Both the position numbers and the translations under genes were made by a program. A stretch of DNA of 64,000 nucleotides, taken from Chloroflexota bacterium. Lineage in GTDB: Bacteria > Chloroflexota > UBA11872 > VXNJ01. The notes under the pieces were generated by a model, which was not told the origin of the DNA, did no database searches, and saw only the letters and a program-made list of their open reading frames with translations. Location of the stretch: positions 1,664,001-1,728,000 of the forward strand of contig OZ253449.1 of NCBI GenBank assembly GCA_965261345.1, written 5' to 3'. This document shows positions 39,491 through 48,789 of the stretch, piece after piece. How positions within the stretch are numbered: the stretch's first letter is position 1; each line of letters opens with the position of its first letter.

Positions 39491-41801
39491 AGTTGGCCAG
39501 CACCGGCTCGAGCACCCGCAGCATCTCCGGCGAGGCGCCCTCGAGGACCCCGCGCCGGTACCAGCCGCAGAGTTGTTCGCGGTCATCGGACCCCTGGGCC
39601 AGCATGACCAGCTCGGCGGTCGTTAGCGCGGTGCGCTCGGCCACCGCCGAGGCCAGGTCGGGCGGGATATTTCCAAAACCCTCGCCTCCGGCTTCGTCCA
39701 GCTCGCCGGCCAGCAGGCGGCGCGCGACGCCAACCAACTGGCAGATTCCGGTCAGCAAGTCCCGGTCGGCGGTCGGCCCGGATACTTCGCCAAGGATCGC
39801 CAGCTCCTCGTCGGGTGGAGGGTACTCCATGGCGATGACCGCCCCGAAGCGGTTTTCGACCCCCTCGTTGAGCGGTTTTACGCCCGGCCCGTCGGGGGCC
39901 GCGGTGGCGACCAGGCGAAAGTGCGGATGGGCGCGAAACTGCGACCCATCGGGCAGCGTGACCAGCCCGGCCTTGTCAAACAGCCCATTAATGATCGAGT
40001 GCACGTCGGGATAGGCCAGGTTGTATTCATTGATGATTACGAAATATCCGGCCTGTACCGCCTCCATGAACGCCTGAACGTTCCAGCGGGTTTGGCCGCC
40101 GCGCATCTGCCGAACCGCGGTCAGGTCGCTCTTGTCGGTCTCGCCGGTAAACGAAAACTCGACCACCGGCAGCTCCCACTGCAACGCCAGGGTCCGCGCA
40201 AGTGCCGATTTGCCGCAGCCCGATGGACCGCGCAGCATGACCGGCCAGCCCAGCAGCACCGCGCTCTGGGCGAGCTGCACGGCGCGATGGGTGGACGCGG
40301 TCAGGCAGGGCAGCGTACTCAAGGAGGTTGGCAGGCTGCCCAAGGCCTGCGGTAGATTGATGTCGAACTGGGCCCGGAGCTGGCTGCGAACCAGATCCAG
40401 CTGGGTGCGCTGGGTAAGTCGCCGGCCGTTGTGATCGAAGGCCGTCAGCGCCGGGGCCCTGCCCGGGCTGGCCGATATGAGCGCCCTGGTCCCGTCGGAG
40501 AGCAGGAGCTCTTCGCCACCTGACGGATCGGCGGCAACCGATTCAGCGGGCAATGGATAGTCCAGCGCGGGCACTGGCCGCGCGGTACCGGGCGGCGGCG
40601 GATCGTCGACTAACAGGGTCCCCGCCAGCCTGGCCGGCGGTTGCTCGGCGGCCTTGAGATTGCCCAGCAGTTTGCTGGCGATCGTTACCACTTCCCCGGC
40701 AATGTCGGGCGGGGCGATCGTTAGCACCGCTAGGCCGCCGATCTGCGCCAGCGGCAAACCGGTCAGATGCCCGATCGCCAGCCAATGCAGCAGCGCCCGG
40801 GTGGAGATTCGATCGCGCATCCGCCCACCGTGTTCACGGTGATGGCGCAGTCGATCGGCCACCGCCACCAATCGCTCGGCGGCAATCCGATTGGCGCTGA
40901 CGCCGGCCGCGCCCAGCAACCCGATCCGGTCAAATTCAACCAGCAGCGAGTCGATTTCCTGGTCCGGCGGCAGAAAACCCATCGTCATATCGCCCAGTCC
41001 GACCCCGAAGCGTCGCCGCAGCGGGCGACCCAGTTCGGAAGTGCCGATGTAATTGGGGTTGGCGGTGGCGATGATCCCAAAATCCTGGTGCAGGGCGATT
41101 TCGACGTTGCCCATGCGGGTGGAAGAGAGCAGTAGGCGACCGGTGTCCATTGCCGAGGTGATCGCACTCATCAGGTCGGCCGGGAGCATGTTCAGTTCGT
41201 TGATCAGCAGCTTCTTGCCGTAAAGCATGGCCTCGGCGGCCGGTCCCAGCTGAGCCTGGGTTGACTGCCGCCCCTGCGCATCGATCCTCACCTCGGTGCG
41301 GTGGAAGAAATCGGTCAGGGTCGAATCGCCGGAAAAATTCAATTCGGTAATCGGGAGGTTGGCGGCAAAACAATAGGTCTTGGCCAGGGTCGTTTTGCCG
41401 CAGCCGGTAGGCCCGGAGATGAGGATCATTGAACCCAGCCGCGGATTGTTGTCAATTTGCGCGATCCGCTCCAGCATGTCTGCCATGCCGGCGGTCAGGT
41501 GGGCGAAGATTTCATGTCGGCGCGGCACGCTTTGCGCGAAATCGTCGGCTTCGGCCGGCCGGAAATGGTTGGCGTCGATATTCATGTTGGCGCGGGCGAT
41601 TTGGCTGGCGCGCGGGTAGCGACGGCCCTTAATTTCGTAGCAGTCGTGGGTAACAATCAGCTCCGGTCCCAGTTTGATGGTTTCGCCGGCGGGGATTTGG
41701 GCGGAGTCGTCCGCGGGGGCTGAACCCGGATGGGTACCGGCCGGGGCGGATGGTTCGGGTATGAGCCGGCGGATCAGGTCTAACAAGTTCGCATTTGCCA
41801 C
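39477..41801 (-). CDS. Tandem double AAA+ ATPase (MoxR/CbbQ/dynein-midasin type)
   Basis: D1: GPTGCGKT, LLINELN, HQDFGIIATANP, LRRRF. D2: GPSGCGKS, VIINEYN, AHPHFRLVATAAP, VENRF. Confidence 0.85.
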   Translation of the reverse strand: MANANLLDLIRRLIPEPSAPAGTHPGSAPADDSAQIPAGETIKLGPELIVTHDCYEIKGRRYPRASQIARANMNIDANHFRPAEADDFAQSVPRRHEIFAHLTAGMADMLERIAQIDNNPRLGSMILISGPTGCGKTTLAKTYCFAANLPITELNFSGDSTLTDFFHRTEVRIDAQGRQSTQAQLGPAAEAMLYGKKLLINELNMLPADLMSAITSAMDTGRLLLSSTRMGNVEIALHQDFGIIATANPNYIGTSELGRPLRRRFGVGLGDMTMGFLPPDQEIDSLLVEFDRIGLLGAAGVSANRIAAERLVAVADRLRHHREHGGRMRDRISTRALLHWLAIGHLTGLPLAQIGGLAVLTIAPPDIAGEVVTIASKLLGNLKAAEQPPARLAGTLLVDDPPPPGTARPVPALDYPLPAESVAADPSGGEELLLSDGTRALISASPGRAPALTAFDHNGRRLTQRTQLDLVRSQLRAQFDINLPQALGSLPTSLSTLPCLTASTHRAVQLAQSAVLLGWPVMLRGPSGCGKSALARTLALQWELPVVEFSFTGETDKSDLTAVRQMRGGQTRWNVQAFMEAVQAGYFVIINEYNLAYPDVHSIINGLFDKAGLVTLPDGSQFRAHPHFRLVATAAPDGPGVKPLNEGVENRFGAVIAMEYPPPDEELAILGEVSGPTADRDLLTGICQLVGVARRLLAGELDEAGGEGFGNIPPDLASAVAERTALTTAELVMLAQGSDDREQLCGWYRRGVLEGASPEMLRVLEPVLANYGIA

Positions 41802-41966
41802 TTGGCCGATGTGTCAATGCCTAGGTTATTTGAATCGGTCTCCCATGCATCCGCAATTGGGAGTCCATATCGCCCTGAGTTTGAATAGCGTTATATACCT
41901 TGGTTTACATTGTGTCTAAGTAACGTAATATATTTGTAAAGCTTATTCATTCGAATTCGTTAATAC

Positions 41967-41982
41967 TTTGAACTATTTCAAA
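41967..41982. promoter_or_regulatory. Candidate operator, inverted repeat TTTGAA-N4-TTCAAA
   Basis: Perfect 6-bp inverted repeat 20 nt upstream of the lexA ATG, inside an AT-rich divergent spacer. Confidence 0.5.
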
Positions 41983-42002
41983 CACGGATTGAGCAGGTAG
42001 AT

Positions 42003-42635
42003 ATGGCGCGATCGCTCACCGCCAAGCAGCGTCAGGTATTGGACGTGATCAGAACGTTCCAGGTCGAAAAGGGCTACAGTCCCAGCGTTCGGCAAATCGG
42101 GGAGAGCATCGGACTCTCGGCCGCCTCGGTTCAAGCCCATCTGGTGGCCCTGGACCGCAAGGGTTACCTGAATCGCACCGGTGAGGCGCACGGCCTAACC
42201 ACGCTTGAAAACCCGGACGAGCGGCTCCCGGTACGAGTTGCCCAGATCATCGGTTCGATTGCCGCCGGATCCCCGATCGAGGCGGTCACCGATTACGAGG
42301 GGTATTTGCCGCTGCCAGAAGAGATCACCCCCGACGACCCCGGCAATTTCTACGCCCTAAAGGTCCGCGGCGATTCGATGGTTGAGGATCACATCCTCGA
42401 TGGCGACTATGTGATCGTGCGCGCCCAGACCACTGCCAACGACGGCGACGTGGTGGTCGCGATTCTCGATGACGAGGCCGCGACCCTGAAACGCTTCTAC
42501 CGATTCGGGCCGTCCGGCTACCGCCTACAGCCGGCCAATTCGCAGATGGAGCCCATTTACACCAACCGGCTCGAAATCCGCGGCCTGGTGTTGGGGGTCT
42601 ACCGCGGGCACCTCAAGCGCGTGCCCCCGTCCTAG
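42003..42635 (+). CDS. lexA: SOS repressor LexA
   Basis: LTAKQ..GYSPSVRQI wHTH, IAAG cleavage site, GDSM (Ser), ATLKRF (Lys), LQPAN. Confidence 0.92.
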   Translation: MARSLTAKQRQVLDVIRTFQVEKGYSPSVRQIGESIGLSAASVQAHLVALDRKGYLNRTGEAHGLTTLENPDERLPVRVAQIIGSIAAGSPIEAVTDYEGYLPLPEEITPDDPGNFYALKVRGDSMVEDHILDGDYVIVRAQTTANDGDVVVAILDDEAATLKRFYRFGPSGYRLQPANSQMEPIYTNRLEIRGLVLGVYRGHLKRVPPS

Positions 42636-42660
42636 CGCCCCGGCCGCCGGCGGGCGGCGG

Positions 42661-43023
42661 TCAGATGCGCTCGTAGCGATCCAGGTCCATTACGAAAACG
42701 GTGGCGCCGCCGACCTGGACCTCAACCGGGTATGGGATGTAGAACTCTCCCGGTTCCATGATCGGGGGGATCGGGTTGACGTGCTGGGTGCGGGTCTGGC
42801 AGTTGGCGCGCACGATCCGCAACAGTTCACTGAGGCGGTGTTCGGGAGCCCCGATCAGAAATGACACGTTGCCCTGGCGCAGAAATCCGCCGGCGGTGTT
42901 GATCCGGGTAAGACCGAACTGATGTTCGAGCAGATCGTCGGCCAGCGAATTTGCGTCCTCGTCCTGGACGATCGCAATTACCAGCTTGTGTTGCTCCGGA
43001 GCGCCAGATTGGCTAGCGGTCAC
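42661..43023 (-). CDS. darA: Cyclic-di-AMP receptor (PII-like DarA/PstA)
   Basis: KLVIAIVQDED, TAGGFLRQGN, VEVQVGGATVFV; downstream of tmk as in Bacillus. Confidence 0.88.
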   Translation of the reverse strand: MTASQSGAPEQHKLVIAIVQDEDANSLADDLLEHQFGLTRINTAGGFLRQGNVSFLIGAPEHRLSELLRIVRANCQTRTQHVNPIPPIMEPGEFYIPYPVEVQVGGATVFVMDLDRYERI

Positions 43024-43069
43024 TTATCCCCCTAAATTCGCCCACCGGGCGGCGGAGTCGGTCAGCGGG

Positions 43070-43771
43070 TTAGAGAAGCTGGGATTGGCTGCGCCCGGCC
43101 GAAGCGGTTTGTCGCCGTTCCAGCAGGGCCTTAACCCGCGCCCAGATTCTAGGCAAGAGCTCGGATGCCTCTGATCCTCCGTCGAGCACTTCCCAGCGGT
43201 TTGGGGCGCCGGCGGCCAGCGCTAGGTACAGCCCGCGCACGCGATCCAGGAAGGCCGCCCCGCGCATTTCCATGCTCGAGAGGTGGCCGTTGCCCGGCTG
43301 CATGCCGGCCTTGCGCGAAAGGCCGACGGACGCGGGCACGTCGAGCAAGATCACAAGGTCGGGCACCAGGCCGGCGGTGGCAAAGTGATTGAGGCGAATC
43401 AGTTCGTCCATGTCAACTCCGGTTCCAGAACCCTGGTAGGCCACGGTGGAATCGGCGAAACGGTCGCAGACCACCACCGTCCCAGCATCCAGCGCCGGGC
43501 GGATTCGTTTTTCGACCAGGTGCGCCCGGGCGGCGTTGAATAGCAGGGCCTCAACCCGCGACGAGGTGGCATCGTGCAGATTGGCCTTTTCCCAGGTATC
43601 GCGCAGCCCTTCGGCAAATTCAGTTCCGCCGGGCTCCCGCACCCACAGGTTGGCCACTCCCTCCGCTTCAAGCATCCTGCAGAGGGTCTGCGAGAGCAGG
43701 GTCTTGCCGGATCCGTCGATCCCCTCGAAGGCGACCAGCAGACCCAGTTGGCGGGTGTGGCGTGGCGGCAT
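43070..43771 (-). CDS. tmk: Thymidylate kinase
   Basis: FEGIDGSGKT, REPGGT, CDRFADSTVAYQG, PDLVILLD. Confidence 0.95.
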   Translation of the reverse strand: MPPRHTRQLGLLVAFEGIDGSGKTLLSQTLCRMLEAEGVANLWVREPGGTEFAEGLRDTWEKANLHDATSSRVEALLFNAARAHLVEKRIRPALDAGTVVVCDRFADSTVAYQGSGTGVDMDELIRLNHFATAGLVPDLVILLDVPASVGLSRKAGMQPGNGHLSSMEMRGAAFLDRVRGLYLALAAGAPNRWEVLDGGSEASELLPRIWARVKALLERRQTASAGRSQSQLL

Positions 43772-43816
43772 CAGCAGGACCGCCGGGCCGGCCGCATTCG
43801 GTTCACACCTGCCCCG

Positions 43817-45319
43817 TTAAGCGGTATTCGAGCCGGTGGCCGGGTCGGCCGATCCGTGCTCGGGGGTTGGAAAACGCAGCGCCTCGAAGGCATGCGCCAG
43901 CCCCTGGCGCACCCGCTCAAGGGCGGTTCCCTCAAGGACAAATACCGGCAGATCCAGATCGATCGCTCGGTCCAGGGCGGCGTCACGGTGGAAGTAGCTA
44001 GAGCGCGTGGCAATCAACAGCTCGGCCCGGTCCAGGTCACGCACCGGAGTCACGTCGATCCCCAGAGCGCGCGCGGCTTTGCGGATTTTGCCGGCCGAAA
44101 TCCCGTGCAGGTAGGGGCGCAAAGGGTCCGGATCCAGGGTGGCCTGCGCGATTGCGCGATCGGGCGGCTGGGCCAGGCGGGCCTGGTCAGAGCGGGATGG
44201 GCGCAGGGTGCGGCGATCAATTTGGACCTGGCCGCCGGCGAGGGTGCGCAATTCGGCGGCCACCGGTTCGCCGGCCAGGATGGCGTCGGCGGCGATCGCC
44301 AAATGGGTGTGCACCAGCAGTTGATTGCGCTGGGCGATTTCAATTAGGACATCAAAAGTGGGGGCCGCACGGCGCTCCAGCACCGCTTTCCGCGATCTCC
44401 GGCGCCGGGCCTCGCGATCGCCCAGGATCACATTTTCAATCCCGCCGACGAGCCCGTTCAGGGTCGGGTTGGTAATCAGGTTGTGCAGGCTGTTCCCATG
44501 CGCGGTGGCGATCAGTTGGATCCCTCGCTCGGCGATCGTACGGGCTGCCCGGGCCTCCTCGATCGTGCCGATCTCGTCGATGATGAGGACCTCCGGGGTG
44601 TGGTTCTCGACCGCTTCGATCATCACCTGGTGCTGCAACTCGGGCGAGGCGACCTGCATCCGGCGAGCCCGACCAATCCCCGGATGCGGGATGTCGCCGT
44701 CGCCGGCGATTTCGTTGGATGTATCCACCACCAGGACCCGGCGCCCCAAACCGGACGAGAGTTCGCGTGCGATCTCGCGCAACAAGGTTGTTTTGCCGAC
44801 CCCGGGGCGGCCGACCAAAAGCACCGAACTGCGTGCATCGATTACGTCGCGCACCAGGGCGACCTGCCCGTATATTGCCCGCCCGCGGCGCAGGGTCAGG
44901 CCCACGACCTCTCCGGCGCGGTTGCGGATCGCCGAAATCCGATGCAGGGTGCCCAGCAGCCCGGCGCGATTGTCGGCGTCGAATTGCCCGATTCGACGCA
45001 CTGCCGATTGCAGGGTTGCCGCGTCTACCTGCCAGCTGCCCAATTCGATGTCGCCCCAGGGAAAGCGGGCCAGCGGGCGGCGGCCGATATCGAGAACGAT
45101 CTCAACTAGGGCGTCGGCCTCGCGTTGGGCCCGCACCGGTTTGGCAATGGCTTCCGGGAGCACCGCCAGCAACGCTTCAAATTCGGCGCGGTCGGTCTCA
45201 GCGTAGTGCAAACTCGCGCCGCTTGGCGTGCCCAATTCATCAGCGCGGCCTGCGCGCTCGGCCTGGGGAGCTGGTTCGGTGCCGATCGAAATTAGCGACC
45301 CTGGGTGGTTAGCGTTCAA
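43817..45319 (-). CDS. Ycf45/SpoIIIAA-like AAA ATPase
   Basis: DNRAGL.GTLHRISAIRNR, GRPGVGKTT, VDTSNEIAGDGDIPH, EAVENHTPE, IDEIG, TAHG. Confidence 0.85.
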   Translation of the reverse strand: MNANHPGSLISIGTEPAPQAERAGRADELGTPSGASLHYAETDRAEFEALLAVLPEAIAKPVRAQREADALVEIVLDIGRRPLARFPWGDIELGSWQVDAATLQSAVRRIGQFDADNRAGLLGTLHRISAIRNRAGEVVGLTLRRGRAIYGQVALVRDVIDARSSVLLVGRPGVGKTTLLREIARELSSGLGRRVLVVDTSNEIAGDGDIPHPGIGRARRMQVASPELQHQVMIEAVENHTPEVLIIDEIGTIEEARAARTIAERGIQLIATAHGNSLHNLITNPTLNGLVGGIENVILGDREARRRRSRKAVLERRAAPTFDVLIEIAQRNQLLVHTHLAIAADAILAGEPVAAELRTLAGGQVQIDRRTLRPSRSDQARLAQPPDRAIAQATLDPDPLRPYLHGISAGKIRKAARALGIDVTPVRDLDRAELLIATRSSYFHRDAALDRAIDLDLPVFVLEGTALERVRQGLAHAFEALRFPTPEHGSADPATGSNTA

Positions 45320-45905
45320 TGGCGATTTTATTTAGGAAGTGACGGTGAATCCGCAGATCCGCGGTCAGCTCGGGGTGAAAGCAGGTCCCCAGCAGGTTCC
45401 CCTGTTCGACCGCAACGACCCCGGCCGGAATTTGCGAGAGCACTGCTACGCGGTCGCTGTGCCCGGTAATCAGCGGCGCCCGGATGAACACGCCGGGGAA
45501 CGGCTCATCACCAATTGCAGGGATGGTCAGATCCTGCTCGAAGCTGTCGATCTGGGAGCCGAAGGCGTTCCGGGCGACGGTAATTTCCAGCAGCGAGAGG
45601 ATCGGCTGGCAGCGGCCGCAATCCGAACTGAGGAAGATCAACCCGGCACAGGTTCCCCATATCGACCGCCCGGCGGCGGCAAAGTCAGCGATGGCATCGA
45701 TGAACCCGTAGCGGCGGGCCAGCTTTCCAAGGGTCGTGCTCTCCCCGCCGGGGATTATGAGGCCGTCCAGCCCGGCAAGCTGCTCGGGCAGGCGAACCGC
45801 CTGGGAACAGATGTCCAGACGCCTTAGCGCGGCCAAGTGCTCGGCGAAATCACCCTGGATCGCCAGCACGCCAACCAGCGGCCGGGGCCGGCCCGATTCA
45901 GCCAA
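45309..45905 (-). CDS. pdxT: PLP synthase glutaminase subunit
   Basis: GVLAIQG, PGGEST, GTCAG, RNAFG, FIRAP, FHPE. Confidence 0.96.
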   Translation of the reverse strand: MAESGRPRPLVGVLAIQGDFAEHLAALRRLDICSQAVRLPEQLAGLDGLIIPGGESTTLGKLARRYGFIDAIADFAAAGRSIWGTCAGLIFLSSDCGRCQPILSLLEITVARNAFGSQIDSFEQDLTIPAIGDEPFPGVFIRAPLITGHSDRVAVLSQIPAGVVAVEQGNLLGTCFHPELTADLRIHRHFLNKIAIER

Positions 45906-45910
45906 GCCGC

Positions 45911-46897
45911 TTAGTGTCCGCGGTCGGCCAATCGCTCGGCGGCGGCTAACGAATCGGCCGCGATTCCAGACATCGCAATGTCAATCCCGCGCGCGGCCTC
46001 GGCCACTAGGTCGAATCGTTCATAGTGCAGGGTGGCCTCCACGATCGAACGGGCCAGTTTGCGCGCAAACGGCGCCCAGGCCTCAAAATTTGCCGGGTCG
46101 GCGATATCCAAACCGGCACCGCGGATGGCGATCGCCTTCTCCTTAGCGGCCTTAAAAATCCCCGAGCCGACGAATATTCCCTCGGCTCCCAGGTGCATCA
46201 TCAGGGCCGCATCGGCCGGGCTGGCGATCCCGCCGGCGGCAAAGTTGACGACCGGCAACCGGCCGGAACGGCTAACTTCCACGACCAATTCGTAGGGGGC
46301 TTCCAGTTTTTTGGATGCCGCCATCAATTCGTCGCCGCCGAGGGTGGAAAGCCAGCGGATCTGGCCCTGCACGGTGCGCATGTGACGGACCGCCTCGACC
46401 ACGTCGCCGGTGCCGGCCTCGCCCTTGGTGCGAATCATCGCCGCACCCTCGCCGATCCGCCTAAGCGCCTGGCCCAGGTCCAGGGCCCCGCAGACGAACG
46501 GGATTTTGAAATCATGTTTGTCAACATGGTTGGCGCTGTCGGCGACCGAGAGGACCTCGGACTCGTCGATGTAGTCAAGCCCCAGCGCCTCGATGATCCG
46601 GGCTTCGACAAAATGACCGATCCGACACTTGGCCATGACCGGGATGGATACCGAATTTTTGATGTCGACGAGTACGTCGACCGGCGACATCCGGGCCACT
46701 CCGCCCTGCGCCCGGATATCGGCCGGGACCCGTTCTAAGGCCATCACCGAGACCGCCCCGGCCTCCTCGGCGATTTCCGCCTCGGCTGCCGTGGTCACAT
46801 CCATGATCACACCACCCTTGAGCATCCGCGCCAGGCCGGTCTTGGCGTTCCAGGTCCCGGTCTGTCCGTTTGCCTTAACGCTCAAAGCTGTGTCCAA
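45911..46897 (-). CDS. pdxS: PLP synthase lyase subunit
   Basis: [42 protein letters not shown]. Confidence 0.97.
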   Translation of the reverse strand: MDTALSVKANGQTGTWNAKTGLARMLKGGVIMDVTTAAEAEIAEEAGAVSVMALERVPADIRAQGGVARMSPVDVLVDIKNSVSIPVMAKCRIGHFVEARIIEALGLDYIDESEVLSVADSANHVDKHDFKIPFVCGALDLGQALRRIGEGAAMIRTKGEAGTGDVVEAVRHMRTVQGQIRWLSTLGGDELMAASKKLEAPYELVVEVSRSGRLPVVNFAAGGIASPADAALMMHLGAEGIFVGSGIFKAAKEKAIAIRGAGLDIADPANFEAWAPFARKLARSIVEATLHYERFDLVAEAARGIDIAMSGIAADSLAAAERLADRGH

Positions 46898-46964
46898 TTG
46901 ATCCTTGACCTGATCAGGTCTAAGGGAGATTTATTGCCGATTGGCGATTTTAGGACCGCCGCGG

Positions 46965-47483
46965 TCAGTCGTCACCGAGGTCGTCCAGATCGAGTTGGCC
47001 GATGAAGTCGGCAAACGGTTTGAGGCTCTCCTCGGTAACCGGCTCCTCCTGGGGGTCGGCCGATTCGGCTTCGGGTTCCAGCCCGGCCTGGTCGAGCACC
47101 GTCTGGGCGCAGTAGATCGGGACATCGGCCCGCACCGCCAGGGCGATTGCATCCGAGGGTCGCCCGTCGATGATCTTGTGCTCTTCCTCGCGGGCCAGCA
47201 CGATGTCGGCGTAGAAGACCTGATCACTCAATTCGCGGATGACGACTTTCTCCACATGCCAGCCGAGATCCTCGATCGTCTGCCACAGCAGGTCGTGGGT
47301 AAGCGGACGCATCGGAGCATCCTCTTTCAGGTTTACCAGCTTGATGGCGATGGCGTCGGCTTCGTGCCCGCCGATGGTAATGGGCAGGTAGCGGCGGCGG
47401 TCCTTTTGGCGCAACCAGATCGTCCGGGACGGGTTTACGAGGTTTAGCCGAACGCTGTCGACAACCATTTCAACTTCATTCAT
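46965..47483 (-). CDS. Bifunctional nuclease domain protein (DUF151)
   Basis: LPITIG..EA, RPLTHDL, FYA, DGRPSDAIALA. Confidence 0.9.
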   Translation of the reverse strand: MNEVEMVVDSVRLNLVNPSRTIWLRQKDRRRYLPITIGGHEADAIAIKLVNLKEDAPMRPLTHDLLWQTIEDLGWHVEKVVIRELSDQVFYADIVLAREEEHKIIDGRPSDAIALAVRADVPIYCAQTVLDQAGLEPEAESADPQEEPVTEESLKPFADFIGQLDLDDLGDD

Positions 47484-48696
47484 CCAAACCGAAGGCCGTG
47501 TGCAGGACCCTGGCTCCTTCCACTAAATACTCCTCCCCAATCAGACAGGTTACCCGAATTTCACTGGTTGTAATTCCGCAAATGTTAATCCCGGCCGCGG
47601 CCAGCGCGCCAAACATCCGGGCGGCCACTCCTGGGGTGGAAACCATCCCGGTGCCCACCACCGACAGCTTGCCAATTGCCGGGTCGGCGGTGACTGTGCT
47701 GGCATCGATCGTCCGCGCCGCTTTTTCGGTTGCGGCGTGAGCCGCGTCAAGGTCGGCGCGCTGGACCGTAAACGATATGTCGGTTAGTCCGCGATGCGAA
47801 ACGTTCTGGACGATTACATCGACACTGATGCCGGCCTCGGCCAGCGGGGCAAATATCGAGTGGGCTAACCCCGGGCGGTCGGGCACGCCGGCGACCGTAA
47901 TCTGGGCCACGCCGGCGTCATCGACGACCGCACGGGCGCCGGCCCCGGTCTCGATGTCGATCTGATCGGCGTTCATGATCCACGTTCCCGGATTGGAATT
48001 AAAACTCGAACGTACCTCTATTTGGACCCCGTTGCGGCCGGCCACCTCGATCGAACGCGGGTGCATGACCCCGGCCCCGAGTACCGCCATCTCCAGAATT
48101 TCTTCATAGCTGATTCGATCGATCTTAGATGCCCTGGGAACAACCCGCGGATTGGCCGAATAGATGCCGTCGACATCGGTGTAGATGCGGCAGTGATCGG
48201 CTCCCAGCGCGGTTGCCAGCGCGACCGCGGTGGTGTCGGAGGCCCCGCGGCCCAGGGTGGTGACCTGACCGTCGGCCGACGCCCCTTGAAAACCGGCCAC
48301 GATCGGGGTTCGTCCGTCATCCAGGGCGGTACGCAATCTGGCCGGGGCGATGTGCTGGATCCGGGCCCGCCCGTGGAGATGGTCGGTTACGATCCCGGCC
48401 GCCTGTCCGGTCAGAGCCACCGCGGGGTGGCCGCGGGCGTTGAGCGCGGCCGAGAGCAGCGCACAGGACACGACCTCGCCGGTGGAGAGCAGCAGGTCGA
48501 GGTCGCGCCCCGCCACATCGGCTCCCAGTTGACGGGCCAGCGAAAGCAGGGCATCGGTTGTTTTACCCATCGCCGAGGCCGCAATTACCGGCCGCCACCG
48601 CTCGGCGGCGGCGTGGATGATCTCAATGACGGCGGCGATCCGGCCGGGATCGGCCAGGGAGCTGCCGCCAAATTTCATTACCAGGATTGGGGTCAT
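47476..48696 (-). CDS. lysC: Aspartate kinase
   Basis: MKFGGSS, SAMGKTTD, TTLGRGASDTTA, YTDVDG, two ACT domains, TSEI; start at ATG 48696. Confidence 0.95.
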   Translation of the reverse strand: MTPILVMKFGGSSLADPGRIAAVIEIIHAAAERWRPVIAASAMGKTTDALLSLARQLGADVAGRDLDLLLSTGEVVSCALLSAALNARGHPAVALTGQAAGIVTDHLHGRARIQHIAPARLRTALDDGRTPIVAGFQGASADGQVTTLGRGASDTTAVALATALGADHCRIYTDVDGIYSANPRVVPRASKIDRISYEEILEMAVLGAGVMHPRSIEVAGRNGVQIEVRSSFNSNPGTWIMNADQIDIETGAGARAVVDDAGVAQITVAGVPDRPGLAHSIFAPLAEAGISVDVIVQNVSHRGLTDISFTVQRADLDAAHAATEKAARTIDASTVTADPAIGKLSVVGTGMVSTPGVAARMFGALAAAGINICGITTSEIRVTCLIGEEYLVEGARVLHTAFGLDE

Positions 48697-48789
48697 TGCC
48701 GTTCGGTCGCGTAACTTTGATGGTGCCAGAAACAATTGCTCGCCGATTATCCTGGCGCATTCGGCTGGGATTGTTGGCACAATGGATTT

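Noticed and set aside
42051-42059. AGAACGTTC inside lexA as an SOS box
   Set aside because: It lacks the N4 spacer and lies within the coding sequence.
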